DNA from: an uncultured Lachnospiraceae bacterium
GTDB lineage: Bacteria > Bacillota > Clostridia > TANB77 > CAG-508
Direction of reading: 5' to 3'
DNA: 64,000 nt
Assembly (NCBI GenBank): GCA_964616165.1
Contig: CAZTTS010000002.1
Span: 19,463-83,462, forward strand
Shown here one piece after another: positions 1 through 7,980 of the stretch. A model generated the notes under the pieces. The model was given only the letters and a program-made list of their open reading frames with translations, was not told the DNA's origin and did not search any database. A program made the translations under genes and the position numbers. The stretch's first letter is position 1. The number at the start of each line of letters is the position of its first letter.

Positions 1-606
1 TATAATCTTTTATTAAAAAATAATAAAATTAGTGCAAAGTTAATAATAAACAATAATATAAATGACGAAGAAAGTATAAATAATTTAGAATTAAAAGATG
101 AGATAAAATTAAGAATTCCAATCGAAAATCTAGAAGAAGTAGGAGAGATAAAATTAGAAGTAAATTCCTTGTCTGAATCTACTATAGCCTATGAAGCAAA
201 ACCCGATATACCTACAGCACAAAAATTAGCAATTGTAGGGGTTAAAGAGGTTAAAGAGATTACTAATAATATAGATGTAGAATATTTTAAGAATGAAACA
301 AAATTAGAGATATATAAAATAGATAAGAAAAATGAGATACCTCTTAGTTATGTTGTTTTTAATATATATAATTCTAAAAATGAATTAGTATATGAAAATG
401 TGAGGACAGACAAAGATGGTCAACTATTAATTGAAAACATGTTACCAGGCAAGTATATTGTTAAAGAAATTTCTACAAAACCTGGTTATATATTAAAAGA
501 AGATGAAATTGAAGTAGAAGTAAAATTTAATGAAATAACAGAAATAATAATAGAAAATATAAAAAAAGAAAAACCAAAAAAAGTTTTACCCCAAACAGGT
601 TATTAA
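1..606 (+). CDS. Cell-surface protein, 3' portion (5' end outside window); Cna-B/SpaA-type fold segment, ends with LPQTGY then stop
   Basis: Frame 1 is open from base 1. The motif DKDGQLL...LPGKY...E.TKPGY is typical of Cna-B/SpaA isopeptide-type surface repeats. The C-terminal LPQTG sortase-like motif is not followed by a hydrophobic anchor. Confidence 0.5.
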   Translation, partial: YNLLLKNNKISAKLIINNNINDEESINNLELKDEIKLRIPIENLEEVGEIKLEVNSLSESTIAYEAKPDIPTAQKLAIVGVKEVKEITNNIDVEYFKNETKLEIYKIDKKNEIPLSYVVFNIYNSKNELVYENVRTDKDGQLLIENMLPGKYIVKEISTKPGYILKEDEIEVEVKFNEITEIIIENIKKEKPKKVLPQTGY

Positions 607-688
607 AATATAATATAATAGAATAGAATAGAATAAAATTTAAAATTAAACAAGATTAAAATATAATTAAAATAAAATTAAAAGTATA

Positions 689-718
689 AAAGCATATATT
701 ATATGCTTTTTATTTTTG
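689..718 (+). terminator. Intrinsic terminator (agcatat-att-atatgct + T-tract)
   Basis: Perfect 7-bp inverted repeat followed by tttttattttt. Confidence 0.6.
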
Positions 719-780
719 AGTCTTGAAAAGAAAACTTGCTTGTGATATTCTTTTAATGAATGAAATTTAAAGGAGGAATA

Positions 781-1329
781 ATGAATAAATTTGATTTAAA
801 AGGAACAAAAACTGAAAAGAATTTATGGGAAGCTTTTGCTGGCGAATCAGAAGCTCATATGAAATATAAGTATTATGCAAGCAAAGCTAAAAAAGAAGGA
901 TATGAACAAATCTCAGCTATATTTACAGAAACAGCAGACAATGAAAAAGAACATGCTGAATTATGGTTTAAATATCTTCATGATTCTGAAGTTCCGACAA
1001 CAACTGTTAATCTAAAAGATGCAGCAGCAGGCGAAAATTATGAATGGACAGATATGTATGCTACTTTTGCTAGAGAAGCTAGAGAAGAAGGTTTTGATGA
1101 AATAGCAGACAGATTTGAAGGTGTTGGTGAAGTAGAAAAAAAGCATGAAGAGAGATATTTAAAACTTTTAGAGAATATAGAAGAGGGATTAGTATTTAGT
1201 AGAGATGGAGAAGAAATATGGAAATGTAGAAATTGTGGACATATCCATATAGGTAAAAGAGCTCCAGAAGTATGCCCTGTTTGTGATCATGCACAAGCAT
1301 ATTTTGAATTAAGAGCTGTAAACTACTAA
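781..1329 (+). CDS. rbr: Rubrerythrin (ferritin-like diiron domain + C-terminal rubredoxin-like CxxC...CxxC)
   Basis: [20 protein letters not shown] and the paired E..H motifs match rubrerythrin; C-terminal CRNCGH...CPVCDH. GGAGG lies 4 nt upstream of the ATG at 781; the listed ORF start at 760 has no RBS. Confidence 0.85.
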   Translation: MNKFDLKGTKTEKNLWEAFAGESEAHMKYKYYASKAKKEGYEQISAIFTETADNEKEHAELWFKYLHDSEVPTTTVNLKDAAAGENYEWTDMYATFAREAREEGFDEIADRFEGVGEVEKKHEERYLKLLENIEEGLVFSRDGEEIWKCRNCGHIHIGKRAPEVCPVCDHAQAYFELRAVNY

Positions 1330-1349
1330 TTATAAAAACAAAATAAATA

Positions 1350-1382
1350 AAGGCAACTACATTCTTTTGTTGCCTTTTTTTA
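1350..1382 (+). terminator. Intrinsic terminator (ggcaac...gttgcc + T7)
   Basis: 6-bp stem with tttttttt immediately after the rbr stop. Confidence 0.65.
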
Positions 1383-1397
1383 GCTGAAAGAGGTGTT

Positions 1398-2171
1398 ATG
1401 GATTATTTAATGACATTTTTAGAAGGTTTGCTTTCATTTATATCACCATGTGTTTTACCAATGATTCCATTATATATAACATATTTAATTGGTGAAAATA
1501 ATCAAGAGAGTATTGATGTAATTAAAAGTAAAGATATAAAAAAAGAAGATAGTAAAAAAGAAAAAGTTAAAACTATAAAAGAAAAAGATGAAAAGAAAAA
1601 CACAATAAAAAGCAAAGACAAATTAAAAGAAAAAGTTAGCAATAAGAAACTATATCTTAATTCTTTGTTTTTTATACTAGGTTTTACTATAGTTTTCATG
1701 CTACTTGGATTATTTAGCTCAGCCTTAGGCTCTTTTTTAACAAAATATAAACTATATATTAATATTGTTTTTGGAATAGTATTATTAATATTAGGTTTTA
1801 ATTTTTTAGGTGTTTTACAAATTGGAATCTTAAATAAAGAGAAAAAAGCCAAGAAACAAATTAAAACATTTAATATATTAACATCATTTGTTTTTGGTTT
1901 ATTATTTGCTGCTGGTTGGACGCCATGTGTTGGACCTTTTCTAGCTTCAGCCATGATGAGAGCTGCAGGAAGTGGAACTGTTTTTAATGGAGTAATATTA
2001 TTATTTTTGTATGCTTTAGGAATAGGAATACCATTCTTTTTGTCAGCTGTATTTCTAGCTAAACTAAAATCAACATTTAATTTTATAAAAAAACACTACA
2101 ATATAATCAATAAGATTTCAGGTATTATAATTATAATACTTGGAGTATTAAAAATATTAAACATATACTAG
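1398..2171 (+). CDS. ccdA: Cytochrome c-type biogenesis / thiol-disulfide transporter CcdA (DsbD family), with a K/E-rich insertion
   Basis: N-terminal LSFISPCVLPMIPLY and a second Cys in WTPCVGP are the DsbD/CcdA signatures; multiple TM helices. A low-complexity lysine/glutamate insert of about 55 aa follows TM1. Confidence 0.8.
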   Translation: MDYLMTFLEGLLSFISPCVLPMIPLYITYLIGENNQESIDVIKSKDIKKEDSKKEKVKTIKEKDEKKNTIKSKDKLKEKVSNKKLYLNSLFFILGFTIVFMLLGLFSSALGSFLTKYKLYINIVFGIVLLILGFNFLGVLQIGILNKEKKAKKQIKTFNILTSFVFGLLFAAGWTPCVGPFLASAMMRAAGSGTVFNGVILLFLYALGIGIPFFLSAVFLAKLKSTFNFIKKHYNIINKISGIIIIILGVLKILNIY

Positions 2172-2179
2172 GAGGATAA

Positions 2180-2698
2180 ATGGGAATAAAGAAAAGAGAA
2201 AATGAAAAATTAGAACAAAAAGCAAAAACTCAAAAAATTATAAATATAATATTAGTTATTGTTATTATTATATCTTTGGTAGTAATTTCAATTATATTAA
2301 ATACAAAAGATAAAAAAACTGCAGAAGAATTAAATAGTGATAATAGTAATACGAATATAGATACAAATATTTATGATTATAATCTTACTAAAGCAGAAAA
2401 AGATATAGAAGATAAATTTCTTGTATCAGACAAACCTGTTTTAGTAGACTATTATGCGGATTGGTGTGGACCATGTGTAATGATGGCACCAATAATAGAA
2501 GAATTACAAAATGATCAAGAAGATTTTTATGTACAGAAAGTTGATGTAGATAAGTATAGAAATTTAGCAGATAAAGCTGGAGCATATTCAATACCATATT
2601 TTGTTTTATATAATAATGGAGAATTTATTTCATCAACTGTAGGAGTTCAGACAAAAGAAAATCTTATAGATTTTGTGAAAAAGAATATTAAAGAGTAA
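2180..2698 (+). CDS. Membrane-anchored thioredoxin-family protein (WCGPC)
   Basis: N-terminal TM helix, then a thioredoxin fold with the WCGPC active site. Strong RBS (taggagg). The gene pairs with ccdA. Confidence 0.75.
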   Translation: MGIKKRENEKLEQKAKTQKIINIILVIVIIISLVVISIILNTKDKKTAEELNSDNSNTNIDTNIYDYNLTKAEKDIEDKFLVSDKPVLVDYYADWCGPCVMMAPIIEELQNDQEDFYVQKVDVDKYRNLADKAGAYSIPYFVLYNNGEFISSTVGVQTKENLIDFVKKNIKE

Positions 2699-2805
2699 GA
2701 AGTAACAAAAAAATAAAGTACTTAAAATTAAATGAAATTTAGTATATAATATTATTTAATAAAATTAGAAAATAAAAAAATAAAAAGAGAACAGAGGGGG
2801 TATTT

Positions 2806-3108
2806 ATGGAAATAAATGGTAGAGAAGAATTTGAAGAAAAAGTGTTAACAAACAAAGGGAAAGTTATAATTGATTTTTATGCAGTATGGTGTGGACCTTG
2901 TAGAATGATAGAACCTATATTGCAAAATATATCAGAAGAAAATGAAGACATTACAGTGTATAGAGTTAATGTAGATGAAAATCAAGAGTTAGCTATGCAA
3001 TTTATGGTATCAAGTATACCTACATTAGTATTAATGAATAATGGAGCAAAAATAGAAACATTAATTGGGTTAAGACCTAAAGAAGATATTTTAGCTGCAT
3101 TTAATTAA
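2806..3108 (+). CDS. trxA: Thioredoxin
   Basis: 100 aa, WCGPC active site, typical TrxA length. RBS gaggggg. Confidence 0.85.
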   Translation: MEINGREEFEEKVLTNKGKVIIDFYAVWCGPCRMIEPILQNISEENEDITVYRVNVDENQELAMQFMVSSIPTLVLMNNGAKIETLIGLRPKEDILAAFN

Positions 3109-3125
3109 TATTTTTTAAGTGAAAA

Positions 3126-4122
3126 ATGGAAAATAAATATATATTGGGAATTGAAACTAGTTGTGATGAAACTTCTGCAGCAATTGTTAAAAATGGCACA
3201 GAGGTTTTATCTAATATTGTAAATACACAATTAGAAACACATCAAAGGTTTGGAGGTGTTGTTCCAGAAATAGCATCTAGAATGCATGTTGAAAATATTG
3301 CATTTGTAGTAGAAAAAGCAATTAAAGAAGCTGGAATTACAAAAGAAGACTTGTCTGGTGTTGCAGTAACAAAAGGACCACGGTTTAGTTGGAGCATTGT
3401 TAGTAGGAATATCTTTTGCTAAAGCTTTTGCATATTCATTAAATATTCCAATAATACCAGTTAATCATTTGTCGGGGCATATTGCAGCAAATTATTCTGT
3501 TTTCCATGAACTTAAACCGCCATTTCTGAGTTTAGTAATATCTGGTGGTCATACACATTTAGTTGATGTAAAAACATATACAGATATGGAAATAATAGGT
3601 AAAACTAGAGATGATGCTGTTGGAGAAGCTTTTGATAAAATAGCAAGAGTATTGGGTTTGGGTTATCCAGGAGGCCCTATAATTGACAAATTAGCCTATG
3701 AAGGGCAAAACATCATACCAATACCATATCCAGAAGTTCCAGACCTAGATTTTAGTTTTAGTGGCATTAAAACATCAATAATAAACTTACATCATAAAGA
3801 CCCAAATATAGATATAAAAGATGTAGCAACATCTTTTCAAACAAGAATTACAGAAATTCTTTATGATAAATCATTAAAAGCTCTAAAAGAAACAGGATAT
3901 AAAACAATGGTAATTGCTGGTGGAGTTTCAGCCAATTCTCATATTCGAGAACATTTTAAGAAGTTAGAAAATAATGGAATTAAAGTATATTTTCCACCGA
4001 TGAACTTATGCACAGACAATGCAGCAATGGTTGCTATTCAAGGATATTATAATTTAGATTCAGGAATAGTAGAAAATTTAGATATGAATGCAGTACCAAA
4101 TTTAAAGATAGGAGAGATATAG
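3126..4122 (+). CDS. tsaD: tRNA N6-adenosine threonylcarbamoyltransferase TsaD, interrupted by an apparent +1 frameshift near 3380
   Basis: ORF1 (3126-3422) is the TsaD N-terminus ([14 protein letters not shown]...AVTKGP). The continuation [15 protein letters not shown] is read in frame +1 starting at 3382; one extra base (ccaCgg) splits the gene. Confidence 0.8.
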
Positions 4123-4809
4123 ATGGTTTTTGTTATAGGTGATTTACATTTATCTTTTGGTGTTGATAAACCAATGGAGATATTTGGATATAAATGGGAA
4201 AATCACATAGAAAAACTAACAAATAACTGGATAGAACAAGTAAAAGAAGATGATACAGTAATTCTTGCTGGAGATTTTTCTTGGAGTTCTAATTTAGATG
4301 ATGCATATAAAGACTTTGAATATATAAACAATTTACCTGGTAAAAAGATATTATTAAAAGGTAATCATGATTATTGGTGGTCTACTTTAACTAAAATGAA
4401 TAAATATTTAGAGGAAAAGAATTTTAAAAATATATATTTTTTACATAATAATTCATATGAATTTGAAGATTTTGAAATTGTTGGAACAAAGGGATGGTCA
4501 GATCAAGAAATAACAGGATATGAAAAAAACATTTTAAGAGAAATAGGAAGATTAAAAACATCAATTGAATCAACAAAGACTGATAAGCCCAAAATAGCAG
4601 TAATTCATCATCCACCATTTTTTACTGGTGAAAAAGAAGAATATAAATTTACAAAAATTTTAGAAGAGAACAATGTAAAGAAATGCTATTATGGACATTT
4701 ACATGGTTCATCTCATATAAATGCAATTCAAGGCTCTATAAATGGTGTAGAATATCACTTAATATCTGGAGATTATCTAGACTTTAGATTGAAACTGATT
4801 GAACTATAA
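4123..4809 (+). CDS. Metallophosphoesterase (calcineurin-like phosphoesterase superfamily)
   Basis: GDLHLS...GNHDYWW...HHPP motifs of the MPP superfamily. Confidence 0.7.
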   Translation: MVFVIGDLHLSFGVDKPMEIFGYKWENHIEKLTNNWIEQVKEDDTVILAGDFSWSSNLDDAYKDFEYINNLPGKKILLKGNHDYWWSTLTKMNKYLEEKNFKNIYFLHNNSYEFEDFEIVGTKGWSDQEITGYEKNILREIGRLKTSIESTKTDKPKIAVIHHPPFFTGEKEEYKFTKILEENNVKKCYYGHLHGSSHINAIQGSINGVEYHLISGDYLDFRLKLIEL

Positions 4810-4812
4810 TAT

Positions 4813-4841
4813 TGACAAAAAGTCTTAAAGTCAGTATAATT
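4813..4841 (+). promoter_or_regulatory. Consensus sigma-70 promoter (TTGACA-17-TATAAT) for tRNA-Leu
   Basis: TTGACA at 4813-4818, 17-nt spacer, TATAAT at 4836-4841, about 10 nt before the tRNA 5' end. Confidence 0.7.
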
Positions 4842-4848
4842 AAGTATA

Positions 4849-4936
<88 letters not shown>

Positions 4937-4946
4937 ATAAAAATAA

Positions 4947-4976
4947 AACAACTTAAGTTTTTAAGTTGTTTTTTAT
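4947..4976. terminator. Bidirectional intrinsic terminator (aacaacttaa-gttt-ttaagttgtt flanked by A- and T-tracts)
   Basis: 10-bp perfect stem with an A-run upstream and a T-run downstream. It serves the tRNA-Leu and the convergent minus-strand gene. Confidence 0.7.
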
Positions 4977-5011
4977 TTGTTTTAATCTATTAATTTTATG
5001 TCTATAGTATT

Positions 5012-5998
5012 TTAAATATTATCAGTTCCTAAATTTTCTCTTAAATAATAATATATTTTCTTTATTGATTTTGAGATATAAGCTGCATATCTTTTTATTG
5101 TTCCAACTATTGAGTCATCATATATATCAAGTTCACTATAAGGAGAGACAACTAAGAATTGTGCATCTTCTTCAGTGCCTAGTTTAACTATTTGTCTAAC
5201 TTCATTCTTTCTAGCTATTTCATCTAATATTGCCCTATATGGTTCTTTAGATTTTAATACTATTTTATATTCATCTAAAACTATATTTGAAATTAAAGTT
5301 TCGCCTAAATGGTTAAATTTAAGAAGCATTGCATCTCTTATTGGTTGTTTAGGTCTGAATAATTCTAATTCTTCTTCAGGCTCATATTCTATTTCAACAA
5401 AATCATCATATAAAGGTTGTGAGACAAATGAGTCTGCAAATTTACCTGCTAAATTTTCTTCTTCATCTTTAATACGAGCTTTGCTAACTTTTTCTTCAGG
5501 GAATAATTTTTCTAAAGATTCTTTTAGATTTTCTAATTCAGTTTCTGCTAGATTGATATTTGAAGCACTTTCATATATTTCAGTTTCTGAAGTAACATAT
5601 GGAATGTCAATACCTGCTTTTTTATTTAAATTATATGAAACTAAAAAATCATCAGATAGATGTTCTGATAAATCTTCATTATCTTGATAATCTTCAAAAT
5701 TTAATTTATTTATACTTAAAGAGTAGTTATTGCTAAAATTATTATCCCAAACATTATTGTATTCAAAACAGAAATTCATTTTGTCAAAACTATTTAATTT
5801 TAAATTGGCATATAGTCTATTATTTTCATCTTTTTCCATTTCAACAATTTTCATTTGTTTCCAGTCTTGATCACCATATCTTAAAGAGATGGGTTCATTG
5901 TTTGATACTTCTGTTAAGTATCCATCATAGTATAATTTGAATTCTTTATTATTATATATTTTGTCGCTATCTACATGGATATAATCATTAATCTTCAT
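5012..5998 (-). CDS. Hypothetical acidic cytoplasmic protein (328 aa), no recognised family
   Basis: Long ORF with a good RBS (AAGGAG, 7 nt spacer) on the minus strand; highly acidic middle region. One of only three minus-strand genes in the window. Confidence 0.55.
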   Translation of the reverse strand: MKINDYIHVDSDKIYNNKEFKLYYDGYLTEVSNNEPISLRYGDQDWKQMKIVEMEKDENNRLYANLKLNSFDKMNFCFEYNNVWDNNFSNNYSLSINKLNFEDYQDNEDLSEHLSDDFLVSYNLNKKAGIDIPYVTSETEIYESASNINLAETELENLKESLEKLFPEEKVSKARIKDEEENLAGKFADSFVSQPLYDDFVEIEYEPEEELELFRPKQPIRDAMLLKFNHLGETLISNIVLDEYKIVLKSKEPYRAILDEIARKNEVRQIVKLGTEEDAQFLVVSPYSELDIYDDSIVGTIKRYAAYISKSIKKIYYYLRENLGTDNI

Positions 5999-6175
5999 TG
6001 TTATACTCCTTAATATAAAAATACTTTTTTAAGCATATTTTTACTTATATTCATTATACAAAATATAAAAGAAAAAATAAAGGTAAAAAGGCAAGTATAT
6101 TATTAAATTTATGTAACAAAATTATCTTGATATTCTCGTCTAAAAAATATATAATATAAACAGAAAAGAGGATAG

Positions 6176-7876
6176 ATGAAAACAATATGGAGAAAGAAAG
6201 ATATTGATGAAGAAGTTTTTAAGATAGTATATAAGAAACATAAGAAAAGCCGATTAATCTCAACTTTAATTGCAAATAGAATAGATAGTAAAAGGGAAAT
6301 AGAAAAGTTTTTAGATCCTAAAATATCAGATCTATACTCACCATTTGATATACCAGATATGGATAAAGCAGTTAACAGAATAATAAAGGCAATTAAAGAT
6401 AAAGAAAGTGTTTTAATTTATGGAGATTATGATGTTGATGGGATGACTTCAACTACAATATTATTTAAATTTTTAGTCAGTCAGGGTTTAAAGCCTAAAT
6501 ACTATATTCCTAATAAAATAGATGAAGGTTATGGGTTTAGTATAGATGCTATTGATGAGATACTGGAAGAAAATAAAAAGGATAAAATTAATTTAATAAT
6601 TACTGTTGATTGTGGTTCAACATCAATAGAGGAAGTTGAATATGTTAAAAAACATGGTATTGATGTTGTAATAACTGATCATCATGAGGTACCAGACAAA
6701 ATGCCTAAAGCAATTGCAGTAGTAAACCCTAAAAGAAAAGGTAGTAAGATTAAATTTACAGAACTTGCTGGTGTTGGAGTAAGCTTTAAATTATTAATGG
6801 GAATAGCAGAAAAATTAAATTTAGATGAAGATAGTTATATAAAATATTTAGACTTAGTAGCAATGGGAACCATATCAGATATAGTTCCAATGTTATCTGA
6901 GAATAGAATAATAGCAAAACATGGATTAGAAGCATTTAAAAATTCTTCTAATCCTGTAATTTCATTATTATATAATAAGTATAAAGAAAATTTTGATGAA
7001 ACAACAATTTCATTCCAAATAGCTCCAAGAATTAATGCTAGTGGAAGATTAGGAAAAGAAGATATTGCAATGAAATTTCTTTTATCTGAGACAATAGAAG
7101 ATGCAGAAAAGTATTTTTCTAAATTAGATGAAATTAATGAAGACAGAAAAATATTAAGTGACAATATTTTTGATGAAGCCGTAGAAAAAATAAGAGTTGA
7201 AGAATTATATAAAAACTCTATTATTATTATCTATGATGAAAAATGGCATACAGGTGTTACAGGCATAGTTGCATCTAAGGTTACTGATTTATTTAAAAGG
7301 CCAACAATAGTATTTTCTATGGAAGATGGTGTAGCAAAAGGTTCAGCTAGAACTATTCCGGGCATCAATATTCATGAGCTTTTAGGTAAAGTAAATGATA
7401 TACTGATAGAATATGGTGGTCATGAAAAAGCAGCAGGTCTTACTATAAATATAGATAAATTAGAAGATTTAAAAGATGCTTTAGGAAAAGAACTAGAGAA
7501 TAGTAAAATGCAAATAGTTGAAGATTATGACTATGAATTAAAATTTAATGAAATTGACTATGATATTTTAAAAGATATTGAGATATTAGCTCCTTTTGGT
7601 GAAAAAAATTTAAAACCAGACTTTTTATTTAAAAAAGCTGAAGTTGTTTCTGTTGCTATATATGGCAATATGTTAAAATTAAATTTAAAGCAAAACAATG
7701 TAAGTTTTACTGGGATAGGTTTTGGACTAGCACATAAACAAGATAATGCAAATACTAAAATCAGTAAGGGAGATAATATTTATTTAATTGGTAAATTAGA
7801 AGAAAATGTATATATGGGAAGATCTAGTATTCAAATTATGGTAAAAGAATTTAATTTATTAAAGAATAAAATTTAA
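6176..7876 (+). CDS. recJ: Single-stranded-DNA-specific exonuclease RecJ (DHH/DHHA1)
   Basis: GDYDVDGMTS, ITVDCG, ITDHH motifs of the DHH family; length 566 aa. Confidence 0.85.
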   Translation: MKTIWRKKDIDEEVFKIVYKKHKKSRLISTLIANRIDSKREIEKFLDPKISDLYSPFDIPDMDKAVNRIIKAIKDKESVLIYGDYDVDGMTSTTILFKFLVSQGLKPKYYIPNKIDEGYGFSIDAIDEILEENKKDKINLIITVDCGSTSIEEVEYVKKHGIDVVITDHHEVPDKMPKAIAVVNPKRKGSKIKFTELAGVGVSFKLLMGIAEKLNLDEDSYIKYLDLVAMGTISDIVPMLSENRIIAKHGLEAFKNSSNPVISLLYNKYKENFDETTISFQIAPRINASGRLGKEDIAMKFLLSETIEDAEKYFSKLDEINEDRKILSDNIFDEAVEKIRVEELYKNSIIIIYDEKWHTGVTGIVASKVTDLFKRPTIVFSMEDGVAKGSARTIPGINIHELLGKVNDILIEYGGHEKAAGLTINIDKLEDLKDALGKELENSKMQIVEDYDYELKFNEIDYDILKDIEILAPFGEKNLKPDFLFKKAEVVSVAIYGNMLKLNLKQNNVSFTGIGFGLAHKQDNANTKISKGDNIYLIGKLEENVYMGRSSIQIMVKEFNLLKNKI

Positions 7877-7980
7877 AAAGAAAATAACAAAAGAAAACAT
7901 ATAATGTTTTAAAATAAAGTTAAATAAAATAAAGTAAAAAAAAAGAAAAGAAAGTAAAAAATAAATTAGAATAAGGGAAA

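Noticed and set aside
760-780. Longer rbr start at 760 (MKFKGGIM...)
   Set aside because: The first 21 nt are the RBS itself (aaaggagga). The conserved rubrerythrin N-terminus begins at the ATG at 781.
1502-1954. Minus-strand 150-aa ORF inside ccdA, together with many similar antisense ORFs in the track: 2388-2597, 4424-4618, 5175-5687, 6835-7164, 11821-12030, 12503-12742, 14281-14652, 15295-15492, 17333-17530, 18339-18593, 21345-21533, 22343-22660, 25979-26176, 26553-26759, 29703-30053, 32957-33214, 33359-33739, 34484-34759, 35796-36038, 36312-36563, 38561-38863, 39825-40130, 42345-42551, 42568-42852, 43712-44014, 45836-46054, 46478-46798, 55503-55724, 55574-55909, 56641-56850, 59209-59418, 61483-61710, 62179-62514, 62442-62705, 62642-62890, 63110-63379.
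   Set aside because: Each is fully embedded antisense or out of frame within a well-supported conserved gene. They have low-complexity, stop-poor translations typical of AT-rich DNA and no RBS, so they are spurious.
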